Shown one piece after another: positions 1 through 9,238 of a DNA stretch of 32,000 nt. Every line of letters starts with the position of its first letter. The stretch's first letter is position 1. The translations under genes were made by a program, and so were the position numbers. The DNA is taken from NCBI RefSeq assembly GCF_900128735.1, contig NZ_LT667503.1:360001-392000 (forward strand), written 5' to 3'. Under the pieces are notes generated by a model that was given only the letters and a program-made list of their open reading frames with translations, had not been told where the DNA came from and searched no databases. The stretch comes from Candidatus Saccharimonadota bacterium. GTDB lineage: Bacteria; Pseudomonadota; Gammaproteobacteria; Enterobacterales; Enterobacteriaceae.

Positions 1-426
1 ATTTAAAATCGGAAACGCAAAGTCTCGTGCACCTATTTGTAGGGGAACTATAAAATTCATTAAACCAATAACCAAAGGCATGGCTACAAAAAAAATCATA
101 ATAACCCCATGAGCTGTAAATACCTGATCATAATGATATGAAGGAAATAAACCAAGGTATCCACATGAAACTAGCGCTTGTTGAGCTCGCATCATAATAG
201 CATCAGTAAAACCACGAATTAACATAATAAAAGCGAGAATTAAATACATTACAGCAATTTTTTTATGATCTACCGATGTTAACCACTCACTCCATAAATA
301 AGTCCATTTTTTAAAAAAAGTAATACAAAAAAATCCACAAAAAAGAAATAAAAGAATCATGAAACATGTCATCATAATAATTGGTTCATGATAAGGTACA
401 GCATCAAAAGTTAATTTTCCAAACAT
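1..426 (-). CDS. cyoB: cytochrome bo3 ubiquinol oxidase subunit I, N-terminal 142 codons; the gene runs off the window start
   Basis: Not in the ORF track because it is truncated by the window. The reverse-strand ATG at 426..424 translates to [22 protein letters not shown]...[20 protein letters not shown]...[20 protein letters not shown]. This is colinear with the E. coli CyoB N-terminus and lies directly downstream of cyoA, as in cyoABCDE. Confidence 0.92.
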   Translation of the reverse strand, partial: MFGKLTFDAVPYHEPIIMMTCFMILLFLFCGFFCITFFKKWTYLWSEWLTSVDHKKIAVMYLILAFIMLIRGFTDAIMMRAQQALVSCGYLGLFPSYHYDQVFTAHGVIMIFFVAMPLVIGLMNFIVPLQIGARDFAFPILN

Positions 427-479
427 ATTTTTTCCTGCAGTATATTAATTAAAATTATCTTATGAGATAATATAAAAAA

Positions 480-1349
480 TTATTTATATTTAATCATATT
501 AATTATTTTATAAAATAATAATGGATCTACATATGAAAAATATTGTACAAAAATATTTTCAGAAGGTTTTGATATATTTAAAAATTGTTTTTTAAAAATT
601 AGTTTATTTTTTGATAACTTTACTTCATTCACCCATTTCTGAAACTTTTTAAAATCTTTTACGACATGTACATCAAATTTCATATTTGAAAAACCTTTTC
701 CGCTATAATTAGTAGACATTCCTTTACAAACACCTGTTTTTCTAGCTTTTAAATTTAATTCAGTGCTCATACCTGCCATTGCATATATCTGACTACCTAA
801 ATCAGGTATAAAAAAAGAATTCATAATAGAATTTGACGTAATATGAAATTTTATCGCTATATTTTTTGGGAAAAAAACTTCATTAATTGTTGCAATTTTA
901 TATTCCGGATAAATAAATAACCACCGCCAATCTAAAGCTATAACATCAATGACAATAGGTTTATTAAAACCTTCCAAAGATTTTTTAGGATCCAATAAAT
1001 GTGTTGATTTATAAGATAAAGTCGCTAAAAAAATAGTAATACAAATCGGAATAAACCAAATCAATATTTCTAAAAAAATTGAATGAGACCAATTTGGAAT
1101 ATAATGGTCATCCATTTTTAAAGAATTATATTTATATACAACATAAAACGTTAATAAAAAAACAGGAATTAAGATAAATAACATAGTTTTAAAAGAAAGC
1201 AGTATCAATTCTAGTTGAATACGAGTAATATCACCATTAACATATATATATATTTTTTTACTATATTTATATATCATAATAAATAATAACAATAATAAAA
1301 AAAATACAATACTTTTTTTATAACTGAAAAATTTTATTTGATTTTTCAT
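480..1349 (-). CDS. cyoA: cytochrome bo3 ubiquinol oxidase subunit II
   Basis: 289-aa ORF. The motifs PNWSHS, LDWRWLFIYPE and ITSNSIMNSFFIPDLGSQIYAMAGM are colinear with E. coli CyoA, and the gene sits immediately upstream of cyoB. Confidence 0.93.
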   Translation of the reverse strand: MKNQIKFFSYKKSIVFFLLLLLFIMIYKYSKKIYIYVNGDITRIQLELILLSFKTMLFILIPVFLLTFYVVYKYNSLKMDDHYIPNWSHSIFLEILIWFIPICITIFLATLSYKSTHLLDPKKSLEGFNKPIVIDVIALDWRWLFIYPEYKIATINEVFFPKNIAIKFHITSNSIMNSFFIPDLGSQIYAMAGMSTELNLKARKTGVCKGMSTNYSGKGFSNMKFDVHVVKDFKKFQKWVNEVKLSKNKLIFKKQFLNISKPSENIFVQYFSYVDPLLFYKIINMIKYK

Positions 1350-1665
1350 GATTTTATACCTATTAAAAATTTTTTATTTTTTTTATTTAAAAATAGTATT
1401 GATTTATATAAATAAATTATTTATCTATATTATTCATATAAATTTTCTTCCTATAATTAATTTATACATAAAAATAATTTATAAAAATTAATAATCATTT
1501 TGTTCATTTTAGATAAAAAAATAATATATAAAAATATCACTACACAAGACATCCAGAACAATGTTATAGTATAAAAAATAAATCTTTATTAAAAAATACT
1601 TTTTACTCAAGAAAAAGTTCTATTCTATAAGGTATAAAAATTATTAAATAATAAAAAAATCCTAT

Positions 1666-1971
1666 ATGAAAAAAATTATATATAAAAAAATAAAATCAAA
1701 AATAAATATTTTCTATTTGAAAATATATGATGATAATCAACGACACATATTAAAAAATAATTCTATCAACCATTTTAGACTTATTATTGTATCAAAAAAT
1801 TTTAATAATCTTTCTTTAATTTATAGGCATAAAAAAATTTATTCAATATTATCTCAATATATTCCAAATAAAATATATTCTTTACAAATATTTCCCTATG
1901 ACATTCAAGAATGGATAAAAATACCGAAAAAAATAAATAGAGCAATACAATGTTCAAGAAAAAATCTATAA
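1666..1971 (+). CDS. bolA: BolA family protein
   Basis: 101-aa ORF. The core HFRLIIVSKNF...RHKKIYSIL...QEW aligns with E. coli BolA (SHFKVVLVSDRF...RHRMIYSTL...KEW). It sits in the ancestral position between the cyo operon and clpP. Confidence 0.8.
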   Translation: MKKIIYKKIKSKINIFYLKIYDDNQRHILKNNSINHFRLIIVSKNFNNLSLIYRHKKIYSILSQYIPNKIYSLQIFPYDIQEWIKIPKKINRAIQCSRKNL

Positions 1972-2499
1972 TAAAATCAACTCAAAAAAAATAAAACTGT
2001 CAAATAAAAAAATTACTCTATATAAAATGACATAAAAGAATATCGAATACAATTTATTATTTCTTATAGAAAGAAAAAATTTTTAAAAAAATAAATTTTA
2101 TAGAATACATCTTAACACCCAAAAATAATAAAAATCAAAAAAAAATTTTATTTTTAATAAATAAAATTTTGTTAATTTTTTTAAAAAATTCTTGTTTTTA
2201 ATAAATAAAAATAGTAAAAAAATAAAATCAATACATAAAATATAAAAATCTCTAAAATTAAAAATTTTATATTCATATAAAAAATTATAACTTGCTGTTA
2301 ATATAAAATTTTCTAAAAAATAAATAAAATCCAAAAAAAAGTTAATAAAAAATATATTATATCAAATATATAACTTATTTTTTTTTAAAAAAAAATAAAT
2401 TTAATAAATAAATATTTTTTACTTTTTTTTCAAAAAAAATAATAAATAAATTATAATACATAGAATAAAAAATAACTATAACTAAAAATACGGAAAAAA

Positions 2500-3117
2500 A
2501 TGAAAAAAAATATAATCAACCGAAATAATAAAAATTCTATTCCTATACCATTTATCATTGATCAAACAGAACGCGGAGATCGTTCATACGATATATTTTC
2601 GCGCTTACTTAAAGAAAGGATTATTTTTATAACAGGAACTATTGAAGATCAGTTAGCTAACATGGTCGTAGCTCAAATTTTATTTTTAGAATCAGAAAAC
2701 GATTCTCAAGATATTTTTTTATATATTAATTCTCCAGGAGGCGTCATTACAGCAGGTTTATCTATTTATGATACCATGCAATTAGTCAATCCAGATATTA
2801 ATACAATTTGTTTAGGACAAGCGTGCTCAATGGCAGCAATATTATTATGTGCCGGAAAAAAAGGAAAAAGATTTAGCCTTCCTAATGCTAGAATAATGTT
2901 ACATCAACCTCTAGGTAGTTTTCAAGGACAAGCCTCTGATATTTTTATACATGCTAATGAAATAAAAAAAAATAAACAAACAATAAACAAACTACTTTCA
3001 GATCATACAAAACAGTCAGTAAATAAAATTATAGAAGATACCGAAAGAGATTATTTTTTATCCCCCGAAGAAGCGCGTCAATATGGAATTATCGATTCTA
3101 TATTATATAAAAAATAA
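2500..3117 (+). CDS. clpP: ATP-dependent Clp protease proteolytic subunit
   Basis: 205 aa. [36 protein letters not shown] (catalytic Ser) and MLHQPLG (His) are near-identical in layout to E. coli ClpP. Confidence 0.97.
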   Translation: MKKNIINRNNKNSIPIPFIIDQTERGDRSYDIFSRLLKERIIFITGTIEDQLANMVVAQILFLESENDSQDIFLYINSPGGVITAGLSIYDTMQLVNPDINTICLGQACSMAAILLCAGKKGKRFSLPNARIMLHQPLGSFQGQASDIFIHANEIKKNKQTINKLLSDHTKQSVNKIIEDTERDYFLSPEEARQYGIIDSILYKK

Positions 3118-3188
3118 TATTGAGAAAACAATAATAAATAAAAATTTATAAAATATTTATATAATAAAAATTAATATAAGAATATAAT

Positions 3189-4433
3189 ATGAACAATATA
3201 GATAATAATAAAAAATTATTTTGTATTTTTTGTAATAAAACAGCTAATAAAACAAAAAAATTGATTGTAGGATTATCAGGTAATATTTGTACTCAATGTG
3301 TTATTTTTTGTTATGATACATTAAAAAAAAATAATTATTTAAATCAAAAAAAAACAAACTTAAATCGCATTACTTCACCATATATCATTAAAAAACATTT
3401 AGATAAATATATTATTGGACAAGAAAAAGCTAAAAAAATTTTTTCAGTATCAGTCTATAATCATTATAAAAAATTAAAATATATCAAAGAAAATCAAAAT
3501 AATAATATTGAATTAGAAAAAAGCAATCTTTTATTATTAGGTCCTACGGGAAGCGGAAAAACTCTATTAGCTAAAACCTTGGCAAAATATTTAAATGTTC
3601 CTTTTGCTATAGCAGATGCTACCACACTTACTCAAGCTGGCTATGTTGGTGAAGACGTTGAAACTATTTTACAAAAACTTATAGAAAATAGTGATTATAA
3701 TATCGAAAAAGCAGAACAAGGCATTATATATATTGATGAAATAGATAAAATCGCTAAAAAAACAGAAAATTTATCAATAACACGAGATGTTTCAGGGGAA
3801 GGGGTACAACAATCATTACTAAAAATAATAGAAGGAACTATAGCCACGGTACCTCCTAAAGGTAATCGAAAACATCCTCAACAAGATCTATGGAAAATAA
3901 ATACATCAAATATCCTATTTATTTGCGGTGGAGCTTTTTGTAATATAGAAAAAATAATCTCAAAACGTATACAAAATAAATCAAACGTTGGATTCCATAC
4001 TTCATTAATAAAAAATAAAAAAAACAAAAAAAAATATAAAAAAAATAAAAAAATACAACCGCAAGATTTAATACAATTTGGATTAATACCTGAATTTGTA
4101 GGACGATTTCCAATCATTGCTACTTTTAAAAAATTGACGCAAAAAAATTTAGTAGATATTTTATCTCAACCAAAAAACTCTTTGATAAAACAATATCAAA
4201 CTCTATTTTCTTTAGATAATATCCAATTAGAATTTGATAATGAAGCTTTAATAGAAATAGCCAAACAAGCTATATTAAAAAATACAGGAGCCAGAGGATT
4301 ACGCGCAATCTTAGAATCCATACTATTGAATACCATGTATGATATGCCTATGTTAAAAAATATAAAAAAAGTACATATTGATGCTTCTGTTATAATAAAT
4401 AAAACCGCACCAAAATTAATTTTTTCAGAATAA
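3189..4433 (+). CDS. clpX: ATP-dependent Clp protease ATP-binding subunit ClpX
   Basis: 414 aa. It has the N-terminal CxxC...CxxC zinc module (CIFC...CTQC), Walker A GPTGSGKT, pore loop [11 protein letters not shown] loop GNRKHPQQ and a VGF (IGF-type) loop. Confidence 0.97.
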   Translation: MNNIDNNKKLFCIFCNKTANKTKKLIVGLSGNICTQCVIFCYDTLKKNNYLNQKKTNLNRITSPYIIKKHLDKYIIGQEKAKKIFSVSVYNHYKKLKYIKENQNNNIELEKSNLLLLGPTGSGKTLLAKTLAKYLNVPFAIADATTLTQAGYVGEDVETILQKLIENSDYNIEKAEQGIIYIDEIDKIAKKTENLSITRDVSGEGVQQSLLKIIEGTIATVPPKGNRKHPQQDLWKINTSNILFICGGAFCNIEKIISKRIQNKSNVGFHTSLIKNKKNKKKYKKNKKIQPQDLIQFGLIPEFVGRFPIIATFKKLTQKNLVDILSQPKNSLIKQYQTLFSLDNIQLEFDNEALIEIAKQAILKNTGARGLRAILESILLNTMYDMPMLKNIKKVHIDASVIINKTAPKLIFSE

Positions 4434-4578
4434 ATTTGATTATATTTTTGTTGTATATAAATTTTTCTTAAAAAAAAACTCATTCTCAATATTTTTTCGC
4501 AATTTTATTTGAAATTTAAGTCGATATCTTATGTAATTATTCTATATATTCTAATATATTTTAACCAAAGAGAAAAAT

Positions 4579-6939
4579 ATGAATTTTAGGTGTTCTAAAA
4601 AAATAGAAATTCCAGTATTGCCGTTACGTGACATGGTAGTTTATCCGTATATGATTACAGCATTATTTATAGGACGCGAAATATCAATTAAATGCATAGA
4701 ATTTTCCATGAAAAGTAATAAAAAAATTTTATTAATTTCTCAAAAAGAATCGAAAATTGAAAATCCAAAAGAAAAAGATTTATTCACAGTAGGGACTGTA
4801 TCTGTAATTTTACAAATGTTAAAATTACCTGACGGAACTATTAAAATATTAGTTAAAGGTCTTAAAAGAGCTAAAATTACAGAACTGAAAAAAAATAATA
4901 TTCATTTTTTAGCAATCATAAATTATTTAAAATCACCAAAAATTAAAAAGATAGAAAAAATAGTTTTAATTAAAACAACTTTAAAACAATTTGAAAAATA
5001 TATTATACTAAATAAAAAAATATCCTTAGAGGTTTTAACATCTTTAAAAAATCTTGATAACTTAGAAAAAATGGGTGATATTATTGCATCTCATATGCCA
5101 TTAACGTTAAAAGATAAACAATCAATATTAGAAATTTCAAAAATTAATAAACGTTTAGAATTTTTAATGAGTAAAATGGAAATAGAAATGAGTTTATTAA
5201 AAATTGAAAAACGTATTCAAAATCGTATTAAAAAACAAATGGAGAAAAGTCAACGGGAATACTATCTTAATGAACAAATAAAAGCAATACAAAAAGAATT
5301 AGGCGATATTGATGATATTCCAAATGAATATAAATCCTTACAAAAAAAAATAAAATTAGCAAAAATGCCAAAAATAGCTTTTAAAAAAACAATATTAGAA
5401 TTAAAAAAATTAAAAATGATGTCTCCAATCTCTGCAGAAGCAACTGTAGTACGAAGTTATATTGACTGGATGATTCAGGTGCCTTGGTATAAACGCAGTA
5501 TAATCCAGAAAGATATAAAATCAGCAAAAGAAATTTTAGATATTGATCATTTCGGTTTAGATAAAGTAAAAGAACGTATATTAGAGTATTTAGCCGTACA
5601 AAATCGACAAAATAAAATAAAAGGACCGATTTTATGTCTTGTAGGTCCTCCAGGTGTAGGAAAAACTTCTTTAGGGAAATCGATTGCTCGAGCTACCGGA
5701 CGAAAATATGTACGCATGGCTTTAGGAGGTATAAGAGATGAAGCGGAAATCAGAGGGCATCGAAGAACATATATAGGGTCTATGCCTGGAAAATTAATAC
5801 AAAATATAACAAAAGCAGGAGTAAAAAATCCTCTTTTTTTACTTGATGAAATTGACAAAATATCATGTGATCTACGTGTAGATCCTGCATCCGCTCTTTT
5901 AGAAGTTTTAGATTCAGAACAAAATATGTCATTTAATGATCATTATTTAGAAACAGACTATGATTTATCTGATATTATGTTTGTTGCTACTTCTAATTCT
6001 CTAGATATTCCCGCTCCTTTATTAGACCGAATGGAAGTTATTAAATTATCTGGTTATACAGAAGATGAAAAATTAAATATTGCAAAAAATTATTTACGAC
6101 CTAAACAAATGAAAGAAAATGCATTAAAAAAAAAGGAAATAATAATTTTAGAAGATGCACTATTAAGTATAATTCGTTATTATACAAGAGAAGCCGGTGT
6201 TAGAAATTTAGAACGTGCGATCGCTAAAATATGCAGAAAATCGGTAAAAAAAATATCATTAAACCATTGTCAAAATAAAATTATTATAGATAAAAAAAAT
6301 ATAAAAAAATATTTAGGAATCAAAAAATATACTTATGGTCACGCAAATAAAATTAATAAAATCGGTCAAGTTATTGGTTTAGCGTGGACTGAAGTAGGCG
6401 GTGATTTACTAACTATAGAGTGCGCTTGTATCCCTGGAAAAGGAAAATTAACTTATACTGGATCTCTTGGAGAAGTTATGCAAGAATCAATTCAAGCAGC
6501 TCTTACAGTAGTACGTTCACAAGCTCATAAATTAAATATAAAAAAAGATTTTTATGAGAAAAAAGATATACATGTACATGTTCCTGAAGGTGCTACACCA
6601 AAAGATGGTCCAAGCGCTGGAATTACCATGTGTACAGCTATTGTTTCTTGTTTAACAAATATTCCAGTAAAATCCGATATTGCTATGACAGGAGAGATAA
6701 CTTTAAGAGGTATTATATTAGGTATCGGAGGATTAAAAGAAAAATTAATTGCAGCGCATCGAGGAGGAATTAAAACAGTATTGATTCCCAAAGAAAATCT
6801 CCGTGACTTAAAAGCAGTACCAAAAAATATAATCGCTAATTTATGTATTTTTCCAGTAAAAAATATAGAAGAAGTATTAAAATTAGCTTTAGAAAAAAAC
6901 CCATATCTTGATACTAATTTACATAAAAATATAATATAA
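4579..6939 (+). CDS. lon: Lon protease
   Basis: 786 aa. The N-terminus IEIPVLPLRDMVVYPYM, Walker A GPPGVGKTS and catalytic PKDGPSAGITM are all present, and the protein is colinear with E. coli Lon. Confidence 0.97.
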   Translation: MNFRCSKKIEIPVLPLRDMVVYPYMITALFIGREISIKCIEFSMKSNKKILLISQKESKIENPKEKDLFTVGTVSVILQMLKLPDGTIKILVKGLKRAKITELKKNNIHFLAIINYLKSPKIKKIEKIVLIKTTLKQFEKYIILNKKISLEVLTSLKNLDNLEKMGDIIASHMPLTLKDKQSILEISKINKRLEFLMSKMEIEMSLLKIEKRIQNRIKKQMEKSQREYYLNEQIKAIQKELGDIDDIPNEYKSLQKKIKLAKMPKIAFKKTILELKKLKMMSPISAEATVVRSYIDWMIQVPWYKRSIIQKDIKSAKEILDIDHFGLDKVKERILEYLAVQNRQNKIKGPILCLVGPPGVGKTSLGKSIARATGRKYVRMALGGIRDEAEIRGHRRTYIGSMPGKLIQNITKAGVKNPLFLLDEIDKISCDLRVDPASALLEVLDSEQNMSFNDHYLETDYDLSDIMFVATSNSLDIPAPLLDRMEVIKLSGYTEDEKLNIAKNYLRPKQMKENALKKKEIIILEDALLSIIRYYTREAGVRNLERAIAKICRKSVKKISLNHCQNKIIIDKKNIKKYLGIKKYTYGHANKINKIGQVIGLAWTEVGGDLLTIECACIPGKGKLTYTGSLGEVMQESIQAALTVVRSQAHKLNIKKDFYEKKDIHVHVPEGATPKDGPSAGITMCTAIVSCLTNIPVKSDIAMTGEITLRGIILGIGGLKEKLIAAHRGGIKTVLIPKENLRDLKAVPKNIIANLCIFPVKNIEEVLKLALEKNPYLDTNLHKNII

Positions 6940-6972
6940 AAACTATTTAAAAATTTTATTTTTTATGTTTAT

Positions 6973-7024
6973 AGCTGGCAAGAAAATTAATTATTGCCAG
7001 CTCTTCAAAAAAATGAAGAGTTTT
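6973..7024 (+). terminator. tandem hairpins downstream of lon, the second followed by TTTT
   Basis: AGCTGGCAA (6973..6981) pairs with TTGCCAGCT (6994..7002). CTCTTCA (7001..7007), an A6 loop and TGAAGAG (7014..7020) form a second hairpin followed by TTTT. This is a GC-rich island in an otherwise AT-only spacer. Confidence 0.6.
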
Positions 7025-7084
7025 AACATAAAAATCTATGATATTAAATAAATAATATCATATTACTTTTTGGAATATATCATT

Positions 7085-8941
7085 ATGTCAATCATTAATT
7101 CTTTTTCAAAAAAAATATTAATAACTATGATCATAATTACAATCATGCTTTCAATTATATTTAATAGTATCATAATTTATTTTATTAAAGATTTTAAAAA
7201 TTATGCTATACAAATAAATGACGAAGAAATTTCTCCCAAAATAATTCAATTATTATATTTTTTAAATAAAAAATATAATAATCACCACATAAATAATAAT
7301 TTAAAAATTTGTAAACCTACTTTACATGAAGAACTATTATATAAAAAAACATTAATGCAAATTATTTATACAACTTTACTAAAACAATATTTAAAAAAAC
7401 TACATTTTCATGTTATCAAAAAAAATATTAAAAATAAAATTTATCAATCAAAATTTTTTCAAAAAGAAAATAAATTTAATTTAAATCAATATTTAAATTT
7501 TATTAATTTTATTGAATTAACAAACGAGCAATACATAACATCTCTAGAGAAAAAAGAAACAGTGAAAGATTTTATATATTTATTATTAAAATCAGAAATA
7601 TTTTTAAAAGATTATTTTTACAAAATTATGAAAAAAAGTCTCGAGAAAAGAAATGTGCAACTAGGTTATTTTGACGTATCATTAACTAATGCAGAGAAAA
7701 AAATTCTATTTCAAGATATAAAAAAATATTACATTTTAAATAAAAAAAAATTTTTTTACCCAAAAAGAATAAAATTTAAAATATTAAAATTACAAAATCA
7801 AATACCATTAAACCAAAAAAATAATCAAATCTTTAATACAAATAATACAACAAATAACATCATAGACTGCGAAAAAGAATACAAAATATTTAAAATGAAA
7901 AACATAAAATACGCGCAATTATTATTTCATAATATTCAACATGACAATAAAGGACATCAAAATATAAAAAAACGCTTATTAGAGATGAAGAAAGAATATG
8001 AAATAAAAAATATGGATTGGATTCATACAAACCATCTAACTGATGTTATAAAAAAATTCAAAATAAAAAACGTAGGGGATGTATCTAACATTATTGAATA
8101 TCATGATGAATTTTTAATTGCACAGTTAACAAAAAATCCAGTAAATTCTTCCGAAAATATTGATTCTAAAAAAAATAAAATGCAAAATAATTGTGATATT
8201 TTTAATAATACTACTAAAAATATTAAAAATATTTCAACAGTTTTAAAAAAATATACTTTACAACCAAAAACAAATGATAAAAATATTTTTTTAAAAGAAA
8301 TAAAAACTGATTGGATTAAAAAAGACCAAAAATTAAATTTTCATTATATTCATCCATTAATGCGTTTTATACAAAAAAATTTTTTTAATCAAAAAAAATC
8401 AAAAAATATTAATCCGATAAAGATTTTTATATCTAAAGATAATACTTTATATATTATAAAACCAGTATTATATCAGCCTAAAAAGATTAAAAAACTAAAT
8501 TGTGTCATTAATGAAATTAAACATATTCTACAACAAAAAAAAATACAGCTAAAGAATTCTAATTTAATAAAAAAATTTTTATCTAATAGCAAAAATATTT
8601 CAAATAATTTTTTAAAAAATCATAAACTATGTTTACAACCCACTAAAACAATAAAATTTAATGAAAAAACAAAAAAAAACAATCATAAGATCATTTTTCA
8701 ATTACCGATTCCAAAAAAAAATAATTTTATATATACTATAATTCATACAAAAAATAATCAAGATCGGTTATTGATTTTAAAAAATGTATTTTACGAAAAT
8801 ATAAACAAAAAACAAAAAATAAAATTGCTAAAAAAAATAAAAAAGAAATATAAAAATTTAATTTTTTCTATATTTTTAAAAAATATATATCAAAACTCAA
8901 TTATTAAATACCAAAAAAAAATATTAAACATAATTCATTAA
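7085..8941 (+). CDS. ppiD: periplasmic chaperone PpiD, highly diverged
   Basis: The ORF track starts at TTG 7070. ATG 7085 (MSIINSFSKKILITMIIITIMLSII...) better matches the E. coli PpiD N-terminus and membrane anchor. NYAIQINDEEISPKII aligns with E. coli NYAAKVNGQEISRAQL. Length is about 620 aa, as in E. coli (623), and the gene follows lon. The rest of the protein is Lys/Asn/Ile-rich and hard to align by eye. Confidence 0.7.
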   Translation: MSIINSFSKKILITMIIITIMLSIIFNSIIIYFIKDFKNYAIQINDEEISPKIIQLLYFLNKKYNNHHINNNLKICKPTLHEELLYKKTLMQIIYTTLLKQYLKKLHFHVIKKNIKNKIYQSKFFQKENKFNLNQYLNFINFIELTNEQYITSLEKKETVKDFIYLLLKSEIFLKDYFYKIMKKSLEKRNVQLGYFDVSLTNAEKKILFQDIKKYYILNKKKFFYPKRIKFKILKLQNQIPLNQKNNQIFNTNNTTNNIIDCEKEYKIFKMKNIKYAQLLFHNIQHDNKGHQNIKKRLLEMKKEYEIKNMDWIHTNHLTDVIKKFKIKNVGDVSNIIEYHDEFLIAQLTKNPVNSSENIDSKKNKMQNNCDIFNNTTKNIKNISTVLKKYTLQPKTNDKNIFLKEIKTDWIKKDQKLNFHYIHPLMRFIQKNFFNQKKSKNINPIKIFISKDNTLYIIKPVLYQPKKIKKLNCVINEIKHILQQKKIQLKNSNLIKKFLSNSKNISNNFLKNHKLCLQPTKTIKFNEKTKKNNHKIIFQLPIPKKNNFIYTIIHTKNNQDRLLILKNVFYENINKKQKIKLLKKIKKKYKNLIFSIFLKNIYQNSIIKYQKKILNIIH

Positions 8942-9005
8942 TTATAAAAATTTATAATTATTTAAAAATAATAAAAAGAATAAAATTCGATAGTGATAAA
9001 AAAAA

Positions 9006-9107
9006 ATCCTGTTAGTTACTATAACACCTATGTTATTTAATTTGGCTGCTTCTTTCCAGACCTGACCAAGTAATTAAACTAATAGCGCTAAGTATTTCTA
9101 ACAGGAT
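9006..9107 (-). ncRNA. ffs: 4.5S RNA (SRP RNA)
   Basis: The reverse strand reads ...TACTTGGTCAGGTCTGGAAAGAAGCAGCCAAATT..., matching E. coli domain IV (CCAGGTCAGGTCCGGAAGGAAGCAGCCAAGG). The termini ATCCTGTTAG and CTAACAGGAT pair to close a long hairpin of about 102 nt. Confidence 0.85.
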
Positions 9108-9238
9108 ATAAAATATAAAATTACTTTTTTTTTAAAAAAAAATAATTTTTATAATTAAACAACAAATATAATATATAGTCAAGAAAAATATATTTTTTAT
9201 AATTCAATATATATTCCAATAAACTAAAACGAAAAAAA

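Noticed and set aside
2098-2334. 78-aa minus-strand ORF in the bolA-clpP spacer, with a 16-nt direct repeat TTTTTAATAAATAAAA at 2151..2166 and 2195..2210.
   Set aside because: It has a TTG start, no SD, and a Phe/Leu/Ile/Lys composition expected from translating T-rich low-complexity DNA. The repeat is within homopolymer-rich sequence and is plausibly due to chance.
3878-4489. Antisense ORFs within clpX (3878..4117, 3919..4113, 4196..4489). Similar antisense ORFs occur in lon (5547..5858, 6552..6791), dnaX (9472..9777, 9949..10170), fmt (22406..22597), rpsK (25313..25615) and secY (26332..26562).
   Set aside because: Each is fully embedded opposite a strongly supported conserved gene, has no recognisable homolog, and has a composition mirroring the sense-strand codons. 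They are treated as shadow ORFs.
4509-4534. Possible sigma32 heat-shock promoter upstream of lon: TTGAAA at 4509..4514, then TCTTATGT about 12 nt downstream, against the consensus CTTGAAA-N13-15-CCCCATNT.
   Set aside because: The -10 match needs three C-to-T substitutions, the spacing is short, and TTGAAA-like hexamers are common in this composition. It is not supportable without TSS data. No comparable match was seen upstream of clpP or htpG.
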